Shown here in pieces: positions 31,101 through 41,953 of a stretch of 64,000 bases of DNA. Below the pieces are notes generated by a model that did not search any database, was not told the origin of the DNA, and was given only the letters and a program-made list of their open reading frames with translations. Source of the DNA: an uncultured Clostridia bacterium. GTDB taxonomy: Bacteria; Bacillota; Clostridia; Christensenellales; CAG-917. The position numbers and the translations under genes were made by a program. The stretch spans positions 397,566 through 461,565 of the forward strand of contig CAKQGN010000001.1 of assembly GCA_934233745.1 (NCBI GenBank), read 5' to 3'. How positions within the stretch are numbered: position 1 is the stretch's first letter; each line of letters begins with the position of its first letter.

Positions 31101-31884
31101 AGATATTGACGAGTACAACGCCGATTGCCAGAAGAACGGATATGAAAAGATGCCGAGAATCGTCATTATCGTCGACGAGTTTGCCGACCTCATGTCCACA
31201 GGCAAAAAGGCGGTCGAGGACACCGTAAACCGCATTGCAAGACTTGCGCGTGCCGTGGGTATTCATCTTATGCTCGCAACGCAAAGACCGTCCGTCGACG
31301 TCATCAGCGGTACTATCAAAAACAACTTCCCGAGCCGAGTCGCATTCAAGGTTACGTCGAGTTTCGACAGCAAAACGATTCTCGACACCGTGGGCGCGGA
31401 CAAACTTCTCGGCTACGGCGACTTGCTGTATATGATGCCGGGCGCAAGCGACCTTGAACGTATGCAAGGCGCGTTTATATCCAACGAAGAAGTCAAAAAA
31501 GTCGTCGATTTCGTCAAAGCCAAAAACGACGCTTATTTCGACAATAATATCAAAGACGCTATTTTCAAGGATAAGGAAGAAGAAAAGCCTGCGCAATCTA
31601 AGGACGCAAGGGAAGGAAACAAAGATAAAATACCGCCCGAACTGTTCGACGCATTGCAACTCGGCATAGAGTTGAGAGAGGAACAGGACGCACCCATAAG
31701 CATATCCTTTATGCAACGTCGCTTGGGACTCGGCTGGCCGAAAGCCGCAAAGATTTACGACAAAATGGATCTTATGGGATATCTTACTCCCGACGAGCAT
31801 GATCCCAAAAAGAAGAAAGTCAACATCACTTACGAGGAACTGGAAGAACTTAAAGCCACTGCTCAAAGCGAGGACGAGGAATGA
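28165..31884 (+). CDS. ftsK: DNA translocase FtsK/SpoIIIE with a ~600-aa low-complexity linker
   Basis: GTG at 28165 behind GGGAAGG. Four or five N-terminal TM helices. Motor domain with GATGAGKS and IVIIVDEFADL. C-terminal winged-helix gamma domain. Confidence 0.9.
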   Translation: MADTRQAKANKGNRIAAGVLVLIVSLFCFLSLVGALGGVGRMVYSFLCGFFGLAAYAYALMGLIIGTAVTFNVRPKMRLSKALTYFGLLILGVFALQIYTSSTHIVGASYGEYLLACYNNTNTAGGMLLGIPAYPLMKVITSVGALIAACVAFFILAFFAVYPSIKRNVIYTVATKGERDKKMKEQKPKRSFFSKKNKQIAQSSPLVEAQGAPTITDFNSAGEGRGLYVVDVPGDPLQSKVNKKALGAEGYSPLDSFNPLYPNAQGAVEDEMRRPAQPAGADKFSARNIARDILFGSGPSNDNLAKFDTVKDPNNALSSVSAPYSAFRRNELKSKLGVDATQSAIREDFMSRYRAVQPESQATASSVKKDEKASVASKIETPLDFKRDFSALKQEQTQRFGQMYAKPEFEAGVHMEQQDEACLIAEPVKKEVVKPTKTYDGAEAINSTIQKANDSVSKQQVNVGMLGALNRAISGEEEQKPVAKEEIVSEAYEKPKTDMVFIARDKGETAQGGSTAAQPSSQSAQIGSNKNGVALSNQPVKPAQSAAQTPVVAPKKAASIDELDRSGYTPVQGEAKLPRAFQQTAVEEEKTETNFFGGIGKTKPVKTYEMSKATLDNQRPKYVDNDKTVGGDNPTAPAPVQQKVTGGDMSRAAIQSTTAIAKNSAKDIENAEVKARIQNIKQAIKETPQMGQYEREALMREEKMKASQSRGIQKTETQKKSDARLTQVNMEQAISQATPKRPYVAPPIALLNPPAPEIDQNEDYEQKKEQIINTLAFFSITGEVIDILVGPTFTMYKLRVEMPRGRTIGYISSLESDIAMKMEAGSVRIIAPIPGENAVGIEVPNKHRRNVNLSEIIQSPEFNNAKAPATFALGKNLYGQSRVVEIKKLPHVLIAGATGAGKSCCINSIIVSLLYKASPDDVRLILIDPKRIEMSVYAGIPHLLMDEIICDTDKAIRALNWAISEMERRIKFLADVNYRDIDEYNADCQKNGYEKMPRIVIIVDEFADLMSTGKKAVEDTVNRIARLARAVGIHLMLATQRPSVDVISGTIKNNFPSRVAFKVTSSFDSKTILDTVGADKLLGYGDLLYMMPGASDLERMQGAFISNEEVKKVVDFVKAKNDAYFDNNIKDAIFKDKEEEKPAQSKDAREGNKDKIPPELFDALQLGIELREEQDAPISISFMQRRLGLGWPKAAKIYDKMDLMGYLTPDEHDPKKKKVNITYEELEELKATAQSEDEE

Positions 31885-33188
31885 GAATCGGAGCAATATC
31901 GCTCGGGTGCGATAAGAATAGAGTAGACACCGAAAAGATGCTTTCTCGCCTTGTTGGCGGAGGGCATACGCTTGTTGGCAGCGAGGACGAGGCTGATGTC
32001 ATCATTGTCAATACGTGCGCCTTTATCGATAAAGCCAAAGAGGAATCCATAGACGAGATTTTGAATGCCGTTGCCGCAAAAAACGCAGGGAAAGGCAAAA
32101 AAGTCATCGTCACGGGTTGCCTTGCGCAAAGATATGCCGATACGCTCAAAGAGGAATTTCCGGAGGTTGACGCAATCCTCGGAATTGCCGACTATGACAA
32201 AATTCTCGACACGATAAAGGATGTCGAGGACGGTGAAAAGGTGTTGAATTGCGCAAATCTCGACAGATTTTACGAGGGTAGGGTGCTTACAACTCCTTAT
32301 CATTACGCTTATCTTAAAATTGCGGACGGTTGCAGCAATCACTGCACTTACTGTGCAATTCCGTCCATACGAGGCAAGTATCGCTCCGAAAAAATCGAGG
32401 ACTTGCTTTGCGAGGCAAAAACACTCTCGGACGACGGCGTGAAAGAGCTTATTCTGGTTGCGCAGGACGTGACGAGATACGGCACTGATTTTGACGGCAA
32501 ATCCCACCTGATAGAGCTGTTGGACGGTTTGTCTAAGCTGGATTTCGAGTGGATCAGACTTTTGTATCTCTATCCCGAAATGGTGGACGATACATTGATA
32601 GAATACGTAAAAAGCAACCCAAAAATCGCCAAATATATGGATGTTCCCCTCCAACATATCGACGATGAAGTGCTGAAACGTATGAATCGCCGCACCGACG
32701 AAAAAAGTATAAGGGAACTTATAGGCAAGCTTAAAGACGCAGGTATAGCGGTGAGAACGACGTTTATTTGCGGTTTCCCGGGAGAAACGCAAGAGCAGTT
32801 TGAAAAACTTGAAAACTTTATAAAAGAGGTCAAATTCGACTATGCGGGCTTCTTTGCGTATTCGAGAGAGGAAGGTACGCCTGCCGATAAGCTGGGCGGG
32901 CATCTCGACGAAAAAATCAAGGAAGAAAGAGCGAGAAAATTGCGTTCTGTCCAAGAAAAAATCATCAGGAATCACAATAAAGAACTTGTCGGAAAAACAA
33001 TCAAGGTCATCTATGACGACATCGATTATGACAAACAAATGTTTGTCGGCAGATGCCAATCTCAAGCTCCGGACATCGACAACGTGACGTTGTTTTGTGC
33101 AGACGATGAAGTCAGAATAGGTGAGTTTTACAATGTGGAGATCTTAGGTGCCGACGGCATCGATCTTGTAGGGAAGGTGATAAAATGA
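31881..33188 (+). CDS. rimO: ribosomal protein S12 methylthiotransferase RimO
   Basis: 435 aa with a UPF0004 N-domain, radical SAM CSNHCTYC and a TRAM C-terminus. The start overlaps the ftsK stop. Confidence 0.9.
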   Translation: MRIGAISLGCDKNRVDTEKMLSRLVGGGHTLVGSEDEADVIIVNTCAFIDKAKEESIDEILNAVAAKNAGKGKKVIVTGCLAQRYADTLKEEFPEVDAILGIADYDKILDTIKDVEDGEKVLNCANLDRFYEGRVLTTPYHYAYLKIADGCSNHCTYCAIPSIRGKYRSEKIEDLLCEAKTLSDDGVKELILVAQDVTRYGTDFDGKSHLIELLDGLSKLDFEWIRLLYLYPEMVDDTLIEYVKSNPKIAKYMDVPLQHIDDEVLKRMNRRTDEKSIRELIGKLKDAGIAVRTTFICGFPGETQEQFEKLENFIKEVKFDYAGFFAYSREEGTPADKLGGHLDEKIKEERARKLRSVQEKIIRNHNKELVGKTIKVIYDDIDYDKQMFVGRCQSQAPDIDNVTLFCADDEVRIGEFYNVEILGADGIDLVGKVIK

Positions 33189-33868
33189 AAATCACACTCG
33201 CAACAAAAATTACGATAGCACGCATATTTTTGATTATCCCCACGATAGCCATGTTTATTGTGGCGGAGCTTGCAAGAGTATCGCAAGGCGCGCATATCGC
33301 ACTTGTAGTCATTGCGGCGGCACTGTTTGCAATCTGCTGTGCAACCGACTTTGTGGACGGGCATATAGCAAGAAAAACCAACACGGTGTCTATGCTGGGC
33401 AAGTTTCTCGATCCGCTTGCGGACAAGGTTGTCATTGTCGTTATGTTGTTCCTTATCGTTTTGTTCCGCGACGGGCTTTCGATGAACGGCGTATATCCGC
33501 ACAACGCTCTTGTCATCGCGCTTCTTTCGGGGCTTATTCTTTCAAGAGAACTTATGATAGGCGTGTTCCGCTCAATTGCGGCGTCAAGAGGTCTTGTGCT
33601 TGCCGCAGATATTTACGGCAAGATAAAAACCGTGTTTCTGGACGTAGGAGTTACGGTGCTTATGCTTGCGGGGCTTCACCCCGTGCTTGGCTGGATAGGC
33701 ACGATAACCTTCTATATCGGCTCGTTCTTTGCTGTGTACAGCGGACTCAATTACGTACTAAAAAACAAGCACGTCCTAAGACAAGACGATGAAACGAAGG
33801 GCGAAACGACAGGCGAAACCGAGCCTGAAACAACCGATGCGCCCGACAGTGAGGCAAAAGCGCAATAA
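33185..33868 (+). CDS. pgsA: CDP-diacylglycerol--glycerol-3-phosphate 3-phosphatidyltransferase with an acidic C-terminal tail
   Basis: CDP-alcohol phosphatidyltransferase motif DFVDGHIARK..G..LDPLADK. Confidence 0.9.
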   Translation: MKITLATKITIARIFLIIPTIAMFIVAELARVSQGAHIALVVIAAALFAICCATDFVDGHIARKTNTVSMLGKFLDPLADKVVIVVMLFLIVLFRDGLSMNGVYPHNALVIALLSGLILSRELMIGVFRSIAASRGLVLAADIYGKIKTVFLDVGVTVLMLAGLHPVLGWIGTITFYIGSFFAVYSGLNYVLKNKHVLRQDDETKGETTGETEPETTDAPDSEAKAQ

Positions 33869-33901
33869 TTTTGCGATTCAGCCGTTTAGATAACCGAAAA
33901 G

Positions 33902-34597
33902 ATGATGAAAGAAATTGTAAAAATCTGCGGTCTGAATAAGGAGGAAATCCTTTCGAAACTCAAAATTTTTGAGGGGTTCGGCGTGGATTTTTCTGTTGAA
34001 GAAAACTGCCTTGACGCTACGATAACATTGACGAGCGAGGCAAAGAGGGATGTTTTCGAAACGGTGAAAAGCAGAGTTTACAATGCTTTTGAAGAAGAAG
34101 TTTATTCGGCAACGGAAGGCTCTCTCGAAGATATTGCCGCAAGGCTTTTGAAAATGAACAACCGCACGCTTGCGGTTGGCGAAAGTCTGACGGGCGGCGA
34201 GATTTGCTCGCGTCTTACGAGCGTTGCGGGCATAAGCGCAAACTTTTATGAGGGAATCGTGTGCTACAATCGCGCCTCAAAAGTCGAGCGTTTGGGCGTA
34301 CCCAAAGCCGTGCTTGCCGATTACGGTGCGGTGAGCAGAGAAACCGCATATGCAATGGTCAAAGGACTTTGCAAACGTCCCGTTGACATCGCTCTTGCAA
34401 CCACCGGTCTTGCAGGACCGACGGGCGATGAAGGAAAGCCCGTGGGGCTTGTGTATATCGGAGTCGGAGGCGGCGACTTCATCACCGTTTTCGAGCGCAG
34501 ATTTTCGGGGACGCGCAACGAGATCAGACGTGCAACCTCAAACGTTGCGCTGTTTTACCTCATTAGGTATCTGAAAGGGGACATTTTGCGACTTTGA
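33902..34597 (+). CDS. cinA: CinA-family protein (C-terminal PncC-like nicotinamide-nucleotide amidase domain only)
   Basis: ..LAVGESLTGGEI.S.LT.V.G.S..F.G.IV.Y....K...LGV. Located immediately upstream of recA, as in many Firmicutes. Confidence 0.8.
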   Translation: MMKEIVKICGLNKEEILSKLKIFEGFGVDFSVEENCLDATITLTSEAKRDVFETVKSRVYNAFEEEVYSATEGSLEDIAARLLKMNNRTLAVGESLTGGEICSRLTSVAGISANFYEGIVCYNRASKVERLGVPKAVLADYGAVSRETAYAMVKGLCKRPVDIALATTGLAGPTGDEGKPVGLVYIGVGGGDFITVFERRFSGTRNEIRRATSNVALFYLIRYLKGDILRL

Positions 34598-34688
34598 TGT
34601 ACCGATTTCGGGACATCTGTTGTCGTATGATATATACAACGAAAACATTTGCCGTAGATTCGGCGAAAGGATATAAAGGAGAAACAAT

Positions 34689-35708
34689 ATGGCAGACAAA
34701 ACTCAGGATAAGTCCGCGCTTAACGATAAGGAACGCAATTTGCAACTCGCTCTTGCAAAGATAGAAAAGGACTTCGGCAAGGGCGCGATCATGCGCCTTG
34801 GCGAGACCGAGATTCCCAAAGTGGAAGCAATTTCAACCGGCTGTTTGACTCTTGACGTCGCACTTGGAATCGGCGGCATTCCCAAGGGAAGAATCATTGA
34901 GATATACGGTCCCGAATCATCGGGCAAAACCACGGTTGCGCTCCACTGCGTTGCCGAGGTGCAAAAAGAGGGCGGTACGGCGGCATTCGTTGACGCCGAA
35001 CATGCACTCGACCCCGTTTATGCCTCCAAACTCGGCGTAAATCTCGACGACCTCTACATTTCTCAGCCCGACAGCGGCGAGCAGGCTCTCGAAATCACCG
35101 AAACGCTCATCAGAAGCGGCGCAATCGACATCATCGTAATCGACTCGGTTGCCGCGCTCACTCCGCAAGCCGAGCTTGACGGCGATATGGGCGACAGCCA
35201 TGTCGGTATGCAGGCGCGCCTTATGTCGCAAGCACTGCGCAAAATCACCGCCGCGTCCTCAAAGAGCAAATGCACAATCATTTTCATCAATCAATTGAGA
35301 GAGAAAATCGGCGTTATGTACGGCAATCCCGAAACCACAACTGGCGGCAAAGCACTCAAATTCTATTCCTCCGTGCGTATCGAAATAAGAAAAGCCGACA
35401 CGCTCAAAGACGGCAGCGATATTGTAGGAAACCACGTCAAAGCCAAGGTTGTCAAAAACAAAGTCGCTCCTCCGTTCAAGGTTGCAGAGTTCGATATTAT
35501 GTACGGCACGGGCATTTCCAACATGGGTTGCGTCCTCGATCTCGCAGTCGAAAACGGCTTTGTCCAAAAGAGCGGAAGTTGGTTCAGTTACAACGACGAG
35601 AAGATAGGACAGGGCAGAGATAAGGCAATGGAATTTTTGAAAGCCAATCCCGAGATTTTCAAAGAACTCGACGCGAAAATCCGCGAAAAATACGAGATGA
35701 ACAAGTGA
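34689..35708 (+). CDS. recA: recombinase RecA
   Basis: 339 aa with GPESSGKTT, ..IDSVAAL.. and ..[22 protein letters not shown].. . Confidence 0.98.
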   Translation: MADKTQDKSALNDKERNLQLALAKIEKDFGKGAIMRLGETEIPKVEAISTGCLTLDVALGIGGIPKGRIIEIYGPESSGKTTVALHCVAEVQKEGGTAAFVDAEHALDPVYASKLGVNLDDLYISQPDSGEQALEITETLIRSGAIDIIVIDSVAALTPQAELDGDMGDSHVGMQARLMSQALRKITAASSKSKCTIIFINQLREKIGVMYGNPETTTGGKALKFYSSVRIEIRKADTLKDGSDIVGNHVKAKVVKNKVAPPFKVAEFDIMYGTGISNMGCVLDLAVENGFVQKSGSWFSYNDEKIGQGRDKAMEFLKANPEIFKELDAKIREKYEMNK

Positions 35709-35740
35709 TTTGTCTTGTATAAACCTTTGATTTGAACAAA

Positions 35741-35774
35741 AATCGCTTTTCAGTGACGAAAAGCGATTTTTTTT
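35741..35774 (+). terminator. intrinsic terminator after recA
   Basis: AATCGCTTTTC-N6-GAAAAGCGATT hairpin plus T-run. Confidence 0.75.
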
Positions 35775-35967
35775 GAGGTTCGGCATTGACGAAACACTAC
35801 AAATAGTATATACTATATACGACAAAACTATATATTGAAAACATTAGTTTGGTATAGATACAAAGTTTGGATATAGAAATTGGGGTATTTCCGTTTTGAA
35901 AAAACTTTTCGTATAGCCGTATTTTTGCTTTCTCGTGTGGTTTTGATTATATATATGGAGGTCAAAT

Positions 35968-37587
35968 ATGACCGGGAATTTCAATTTTCTGATTGCTGCT
36001 CTCTCTCCGGGTGCGGCTGCCGGTATAGCGGCGGTGTGCGCATTGGTCGTAGGAGCATTGATCGGTTTTATTGTTTACAGAGTTTATTCTCAAAATAAAA
36101 TCGGCAACGCGAAACGCGAAGCGGCAAGAATTATCGAAGAAGCAAATCTCGAAGCAAAGACCATTCGCAAGGACGGTATGCTCGAGGCAAAAGAACAAAT
36201 GAACAAAATGCGCGTCGATTTCGAAAACGAAACAAAAGAGCGCAAGCAAGACTGGCAACGCACGGAAAACCGCCTCGCTCAAAAAGAGGCAACTCTCGAC
36301 AAAAAAGAGGACGCTCTTGACAAAAAAGACGCCGCTTTGGACAAGAAAATCGAGGACGTAGAAAAGTCGCAAAAACAAATCGAAGAAACAAAAGAACGCT
36401 TGAAGGGCATCGAAAACGAGCTCAACAACGCTCAGGAAAACATGCAAAAGGAACTTGAAAGAGTTGCCGGCATGACAAAAGAGGAAGCCTCGCAAGAACT
36501 TAAAGACGCTCTGCTCGACAGCGTGAAAAAGAGCAGCGCAAACGAGGCAAAACAACTCATTCAGGAAGCAAAAGACAACGCGGTCAAAGAGGCGCAAAAC
36601 ATCATTTCGCAAGCGATCCAACGCTGTGCCGCTGATACCGCAACCGAGAACACCGTATCCGTCGTGGCTTTGCCGAATGACGATATGAAGGGCAGAATCA
36701 TCGGCCGTATGGGAAGGAACATCCGCGCTCTTGAAAGCGCAACCGGCGTCGATCTCATCATTGACGACACCCCCGACGTTATCACGCTTTCAAGTTTCGA
36801 TCCCGTAAGAAGGGAAGTTGCAAGACTCACTCTCGAAAAACTCATCACCGACGGCCGCATCCATCCCGCTCGCATCGAAGAGATGGTGGACAAGGTGAGG
36901 AAGGAAGTCGAAGCAGGCATCAAAGAAGCGGGCGAAGAAGCCGCTTTCGAAGTCGGTGTACACGGCTTGCATCCCGAGCTTATCAAGATTCTCGGCAGAC
37001 TCAAATACCGCACAAGCTATGGTCAAAACGTGCTGAAACACTCAATCGAGGTCGCATCGGTGGCATCCGTTATGGCAGCGGAACTCGGCATAGATCCTCG
37101 TATTGCAAGGAGAGCGGGTTTGTTGCATGACATCGGCAAGGCGGTTGACCACGAGTTTGAGGGAACGCACATTCAACTCGGTGTCGAACTTGCAAAGAAG
37201 TATCGTGAAAACAACGAAGTTATCCACGCAATCGCCGCACACCACAATGACATCGAACCTCAAACCATCGACGCCGTTCTCGTTCAAGCGGCGGATGCGA
37301 TTTCAAGCGCAAGACCGGGTGCAAGACGTGAATCCGTCGAAACGTACGTCAAACGTATCGAAAAGCTCGAGGACATCGCAAAATCCTTTGACGGTGTGGA
37401 ACAAACTTTCGCCGTTCAGGCAGGCAGAGAAATCCGCGTTATGGTCAAGCCCGAACAAGTCAACGACGCAAGCACGGTTTTCCTCGCAAAAGAGATTGCT
37501 CAAAAACTCGAAAACGAGCTTGAATATCCCGGACAAATCAAAGTCAACGTCATCAGGGAAGTTCGCAGCGTAGAGTACGCAAAATAA
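35968..37587 (+). CDS. rny: ribonuclease Y
   Basis: 539 aa with an N-terminal TM helix, a coiled coil, KH (..[15 protein letters not shown]..) and HD (..LLHDIGKA..) domains. Confidence 0.95.
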   Translation: MTGNFNFLIAALSPGAAAGIAAVCALVVGALIGFIVYRVYSQNKIGNAKREAARIIEEANLEAKTIRKDGMLEAKEQMNKMRVDFENETKERKQDWQRTENRLAQKEATLDKKEDALDKKDAALDKKIEDVEKSQKQIEETKERLKGIENELNNAQENMQKELERVAGMTKEEASQELKDALLDSVKKSSANEAKQLIQEAKDNAVKEAQNIISQAIQRCAADTATENTVSVVALPNDDMKGRIIGRMGRNIRALESATGVDLIIDDTPDVITLSSFDPVRREVARLTLEKLITDGRIHPARIEEMVDKVRKEVEAGIKEAGEEAAFEVGVHGLHPELIKILGRLKYRTSYGQNVLKHSIEVASVASVMAAELGIDPRIARRAGLLHDIGKAVDHEFEGTHIQLGVELAKKYRENNEVIHAIAAHHNDIEPQTIDAVLVQAADAISSARPGARRESVETYVKRIEKLEDIAKSFDGVEQTFAVQAGREIRVMVKPEQVNDASTVFLAKEIAQKLENELEYPGQIKVNVIREVRSVEYAK

Positions 37588-37721
37588 TTTTTACAATCAT
37601 TCGCCTCGGTGCAAAATCGGCAAAATTTGCGTAGAACTTGCATTGAGGCGCATATGGTGCTAAAATACCGTTATAGGCTTTTGGCACACAACAAAAACAT
37701 ACAATTTAGGAGAATATCATT

Positions 37722-38285
37722 ATGGCACAAATTATGGCAGGCGATTTGAGAAAGGGCGTTACGTTCCTCTATGACAACAAAATCATGACCATAGTCGATT
37801 TCTTGCACGTCAAACCGGGCAAGGGAGCTGCTTTCGTCCGCACAAAAATGAAAAACGTCGTCACCGGCGCAGTGCTTGAACAAACTTTCAACCCCACCGA
37901 AAAATTTGAACTCGCACACATCGAAACCAAAACAATGGAATACCTCTACAACGACGGTGAATTCTATTATTTCATGGACGCAGACACTTACGAGCAAATT
38001 CCGCTCAACAAGAGTCAGGTCGAGGACGCTCTCAACTTCGTCAAAGAAAATATGAACGTCACCATGAAGTTCTTCCAAGGCGCACCGTTCTCGGTTGAAC
38101 CGCCAAACTTTGTCGAACTTCTTATCACTGTGTGTGAACCGGCAGTTGCAGGCAACACCGCTACCAACGCAACCAAGCCCGCCACCGTCGAAACAGGCTA
38201 TGAACTTCAAGTTCCTATGTTTGTAAATGAGGGGGATACTATACGTATCGATACTCGCACCGGCGAATATATGTCAAGAGTCTAA
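37722..38285 (+). CDS. efp: elongation factor P
   Basis: 187 aa. ..[15 protein letters not shown].. . Confidence 0.97.
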   Translation: MAQIMAGDLRKGVTFLYDNKIMTIVDFLHVKPGKGAAFVRTKMKNVVTGAVLEQTFNPTEKFELAHIETKTMEYLYNDGEFYYFMDADTYEQIPLNKSQVEDALNFVKENMNVTMKFFQGAPFSVEPPNFVELLITVCEPAVAGNTATNATKPATVETGYELQVPMFVNEGDTIRIDTRTGEYMSRV

Positions 38286-38313
38286 GCGCACCAAACAGCG
38301 AATAACTGCGGCA

Positions 38314-38380
38314 GAGGCATCCGTCCGTCAACTCATTTACGCCTTGTAAATTAGGGTTGCCGTTCGGATGCCTCTTTCTT
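38314..38380 (+). terminator. possible terminator after efp
   Basis: Perfect 10-bp stem GAGGCATCCG/CGGATGCCTC with a large loop, followed by a T-rich stretch. Confidence 0.4.
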
Positions 38381-38617
38381 GTTCTTCATCTGTTTGGCGC
38401 ACTTAGGTATTAACGCTTATTCTTCATCCGTTTCAGACTCTTGACGACAAGTTATAATCGTTTCTTTCTGTTTTTCATCCAAATAACCGCACTTTTTACA
38501 AGAGCTTTTGCAAAATATAATCAATATTGTTTTTTGTTTTTCGTCATCTTTCATTAAGAAAAAAGTCTAAATTTGTCGCAATGCAATTTGCATTGTTTTG
38601 TCGGCATATAGTTTTGT

Positions 38618-39460
38618 ATGCTTGATGAAATCGTCGGGGAAAATATCGCAAAAATCGTCGGGGACGAGAGATTGGTTGCGGAGTTGCGTTTGAGGGTAAA
38701 CAGACCTCTTCTGGTGTGCATGGTTGACGGCACAAGGCGCGTTGCGTCGCTTTCGGGCGCGCCTTACATTATTTCTCAAAAGGATATAGATGACGTGTTG
38801 TCTTTTGCGACAAATATGTCTTATTACAGCGCATCGGAGGAGATGAAGAGAGGATACGTGCCTTGCAAGCATTACCGCATAGGCGTGGGCGGTGAAGGGG
38901 TATCGGAAGGCGGAAAACTCATAAGCGTGAAGAACGTGGGGTATCTTGTCATTCGCATCCCTCATCAGATAAAGGATGTTGCAAGCAAAATCGCATGCGA
39001 TGTTTTTCAAGACGGAAGGGCGCGCAGCACGCTGATTATATCGCCTACGGGAGGTGGAAAAACAACCATGCTGCGCGATCTGGGGCGCATTGCCTCAAAG
39101 CGATTCAATGTCGTCGTGATTGATGAAAGATATGAACTGTGCGCAGTTTCAAACGGCGTTCCGCTTCTGGATATCGGAGATTGCGACGTTGTAAGCGGTG
39201 TGCCCAAAAAGGACGCATACGAAAGTTGTGTGCGCGCAATGAATCCCGATGTAATCGTAACCGACGAGCTGTTCGGAAAAGACGATGCGGATGCTATTGC
39301 CGACGTGATGAGATGCGGCGTGAGCGTGTTTGCGTCATTGCACGGGGATTGTATCAAAAACATAGAACGAAGCGAGTTTTCGCCGATATTGGACATGTTT
39401 GAGGTGATTGTCGTGCTTTCAAAAAATCCAATCGGAACAATAATCGAGAAGCGGGTATGA
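38618..39460 (+). CDS. spoIIIAA: stage III sporulation protein AA (AAA+/secretion-ATPase-like)
   Basis: 280 aa with Walker A SPTGGGKTT and Walker B ..VIVTDEL.. . First gene of an eight-gene cluster with the spoIIIA size and TM pattern. Confidence 0.85.
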   Translation: MLDEIVGENIAKIVGDERLVAELRLRVNRPLLVCMVDGTRRVASLSGAPYIISQKDIDDVLSFATNMSYYSASEEMKRGYVPCKHYRIGVGGEGVSEGGKLISVKNVGYLVIRIPHQIKDVASKIACDVFQDGRARSTLIISPTGGGKTTMLRDLGRIASKRFNVVVIDERYELCAVSNGVPLLDIGDCDVVSGVPKKDAYESCVRAMNPDVIVTDELFGKDDADAIADVMRCGVSVFASLHGDCIKNIERSEFSPILDMFEVIVVLSKNPIGTIIEKRV

Positions 39461-39957
39461 GCGAGATTTTGAGACTGATTGCCGGAGGATTGCTTGCGCT
39501 GATTGCATGCTATATAGGCATTCTGGTCAAAAGGCGATATAATCGGCGAGTCGAGTTTTTCAAATCGGCATGTGAATTTGCAACCTTCATCTCGACAGAA
39601 CTTGCCATGAAAAAGACGCCCATGCCGGATATTTCGGCACGGTTTTTGCAGGGCAGGGCAGGAGAGTTTGAAAGGAGCGTCGAAAACTGGAGCGAGATTG
39701 CAAAAAAGGGCAAATGTTATGAATTTGAAAACGTAAACGCTTCAATTTTGAAAACGGATGAGAAAAAACAATTGGTGTCGTTTTTTTCAACGCTCGGCAA
39801 AACCGACCTGAAAGACCAACTTGCACATGTGGGGTACTTCAAGAATGTGTTTGAACAAAAACAAAAAACGTGCGAAGAGGAGAGCAAAAAGCTCGGAAAC
39901 ATGTATTTCAAATTATGCGTGTTGGCAGGCATTGCCATAATGTTGATTTTGGCATGA
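39457..39957 (+). CDS. spoIIIAB: stage III sporulation protein AB
   Basis: 166 aa with TM helices at both ends. Assigned by position in the operon. Confidence 0.7.
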   Translation: MSEILRLIAGGLLALIACYIGILVKRRYNRRVEFFKSACEFATFISTELAMKKTPMPDISARFLQGRAGEFERSVENWSEIAKKGKCYEFENVNASILKTDEKKQLVSFFSTLGKTDLKDQLAHVGYFKNVFEQKQKTCEEESKKLGNMYFKLCVLAGIAIMLILA

Positions 39958-40030
39958 CAACAAAAAACGATGCAGATCATGCGAAAAATATAATTACGGC
40001 TTAAATCGGTTGTGATTGTTTAGGAGTGAT

Positions 40031-40228
40031 ATGGATGTAAATATAATTTTGAAAATCGCAGGCGTCGGATTGCTCACCGCAATCGTATGTGTGATTCTGA
40101 AAAAAAGCGACAGAGATGAAATCGCAACGTTTGCAACGCTTGCAGGGCTTATAATCGTTGCCGTGCTTGTGCTTGATATGTTGGGAGGTTTATTTGACAC
40201 GCTAAAATCAATACTGGCACTTTATTGA
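40031..40228 (+). CDS. spoIIIAC: stage III sporulation protein AC
   Basis: 65 aa, two TM helices. MDVNIILKIAGVGLL.. behind AGGAG. Confidence 0.8.
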   Translation: MDVNIILKIAGVGLLTAIVCVILKKSDRDEIATFATLAGLIIVAVLVLDMLGGLFDTLKSILALY

Positions 40229-40300
40229 CTCAAAATCAAAGTATAAAATGCCTGTACTGTGAATATAAGCAAGATTTGTAAGCGGAGAAGCGGAAAGAAA

Positions 40301-40690
40301 ATGGTGTTCAAACTTGTCGGAATCGCATTGACGGGAGTCGTTGTCGTGACGCTTTTGAAAAACTCAAAACCGGAGTTTAGCGTGTTTGCAAGTATCGCAA
40401 CAGGTGTCGTGATGGTGATAACTATGCTGTCCGCGCTTCAGGAAGTCGTGCTTGCGTTTGATGTCATCGTTGAAAAAAGCGGCGTCGACGACGAGGTTTT
40501 CTCTGCCGTTTTGAAAATTATCGGCATAGGATATCTGACCGAATATTCGTCCTCCGTCGCAACGGACGCCGGGTGTGAATCTATTGCGCAAAAGTTGCAA
40601 TTCGGAGGGAAAATCGTGATATTTTTGATGAGTATTTCCATTGTAAAAACTCTCGTAGACGTGGTGTCAACGCTTGTAAGTGCGATATGA
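40301..40690 (+). CDS. spoIIIAD: stage III sporulation protein AD
   Basis: About 129 aa, multi-TM. ..KIIGIGYLTE.. is typical of SpoIIIAD. Confidence 0.8.
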   Translation: MVFKLVGIALTGVVVVTLLKNSKPEFSVFASIATGVVMVITMLSALQEVVLAFDVIVEKSGVDDEVFSAVLKIIGIGYLTEYSSSVATDAGCESIAQKLQFGGKIVIFLMSISIVKTLVDVVSTLVSAI

Positions 40691-41952
40691 AAGATAAATT
40701 TTCGACTCGGTTAAACTCTCGTTTGCTTGAAAAAAACGCTAAAACAACACTGTTTTTTGCTGTGTTTATTATGCTTTTTTGCGTTGTTTTCGGTGCATGC
40801 TTTTTTGTCTTGTCCAAAGACAACCGCGCTGTTGCCGCCGATAAATCGGAGGAAGAAATCAGAAGGGAATTCGAGGGAAACGTAAACGATGTCATAAACG
40901 GACTTGACGTTGACGCTCTTCAAAATTTTTTGAACTCGCTTGGAGGGGAAGAGAGCGAAGCAATTTCGGTTGACGATTTGAAATCGACGCTTAAAGCACT
41001 TGTAAACGGTGAAACGCAAAGTTTCTATCAAAGTTTTTTGAGTGTTCTTTCAAAGTCGGCAGGGCGATATTTTTTGTCCTTTTTGCCGGGGTTTGTGACG
41101 ATTGCCGTTATTTGTTTGCTGAAAAACATGTTATGTTCGCTTACCGGAGATTTCCTCAACAATTCGACAACCGATGTCGTACATACGGTGTGTTATTGCG
41201 CAGTCGTTATTGTGCTTATAAGCGCGATTGCGGGAATAATCAAAACCGTAAGCGATACGATAAACGGACTTGCGACATTGACGAATGCGATATTCCCGGT
41301 GCTTTTGACTTTGCTCTCTTCTTTGGGAGCAACGGTGACGGTTGCGGGATATTCTCCTCTTATTGCGGTGTTCGATTCTGTTGTGATGAGGCTTGTGGGC
41401 AGCGTGATATTGCCTGCTTTCATCGCCTGCATTGTATTTTGCGTTGTCGGCAATATTTCAAAAACCGTCAAACTCGACAAACTCGCAAAACTAATAAAAT
41501 CCGCATCCGGCTGGCTTGTGGGAATCGTATTCGGATTGTTTGCGACTTTTTTGACAACGCAGGGCGTGACGGGCGGAGCAGTGGATAAATTCGGTTTTAA
41601 CGTTGCAAAGTTTGCGGTGTCGAGTTATGTGCCTGTGTTGGGAGGATATTTGTCCGACGGGCTCGATTTGCTGACGGCATCCGTCGTTCTTGTCAAAAAC
41701 GCCTTCGGATATGTCGGAGCAATCGTTCTTTGCGCAACAGTGTTGTTCCCCCTTGTAAAAATCGTCATATTTTCACTCACTCTAAAACTTGCCTCGGCAG
41801 TGTGCGAGCCTTTGGGGGATACAAGAACATCGAATTTGCTTTATTCGGTGTCGAAAAACATGAGTTTGCTTATAACGGCTCTTGCGGGTGTAGCGTTTTT
41901 GTTTTTCCTTCTTGTGATGTTGCTGATTTCGTCTTGCAATATGGGGATATGA
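40687..41952 (+). CDS. spoIIIAE: stage III sporulation protein AE
   Basis: 421 aa polytopic membrane protein. Assigned by operon position. Confidence 0.85.
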   Translation: MKDKFSTRLNSRLLEKNAKTTLFFAVFIMLFCVVFGACFFVLSKDNRAVAADKSEEEIRREFEGNVNDVINGLDVDALQNFLNSLGGEESEAISVDDLKSTLKALVNGETQSFYQSFLSVLSKSAGRYFLSFLPGFVTIAVICLLKNMLCSLTGDFLNNSTTDVVHTVCYCAVVIVLISAIAGIIKTVSDTINGLATLTNAIFPVLLTLLSSLGATVTVAGYSPLIAVFDSVVMRLVGSVILPAFIACIVFCVVGNISKTVKLDKLAKLIKSASGWLVGIVFGLFATFLTTQGVTGGAVDKFGFNVAKFAVSSYVPVLGGYLSDGLDLLTASVVLVKNAFGYVGAIVLCATVLFPLVKIVIFSLTLKLASAVCEPLGDTRTSNLLYSVSKNMSLLITALAGVAFLFFLLVMLLISSCNMGI

Positions 41953-41953
41953 T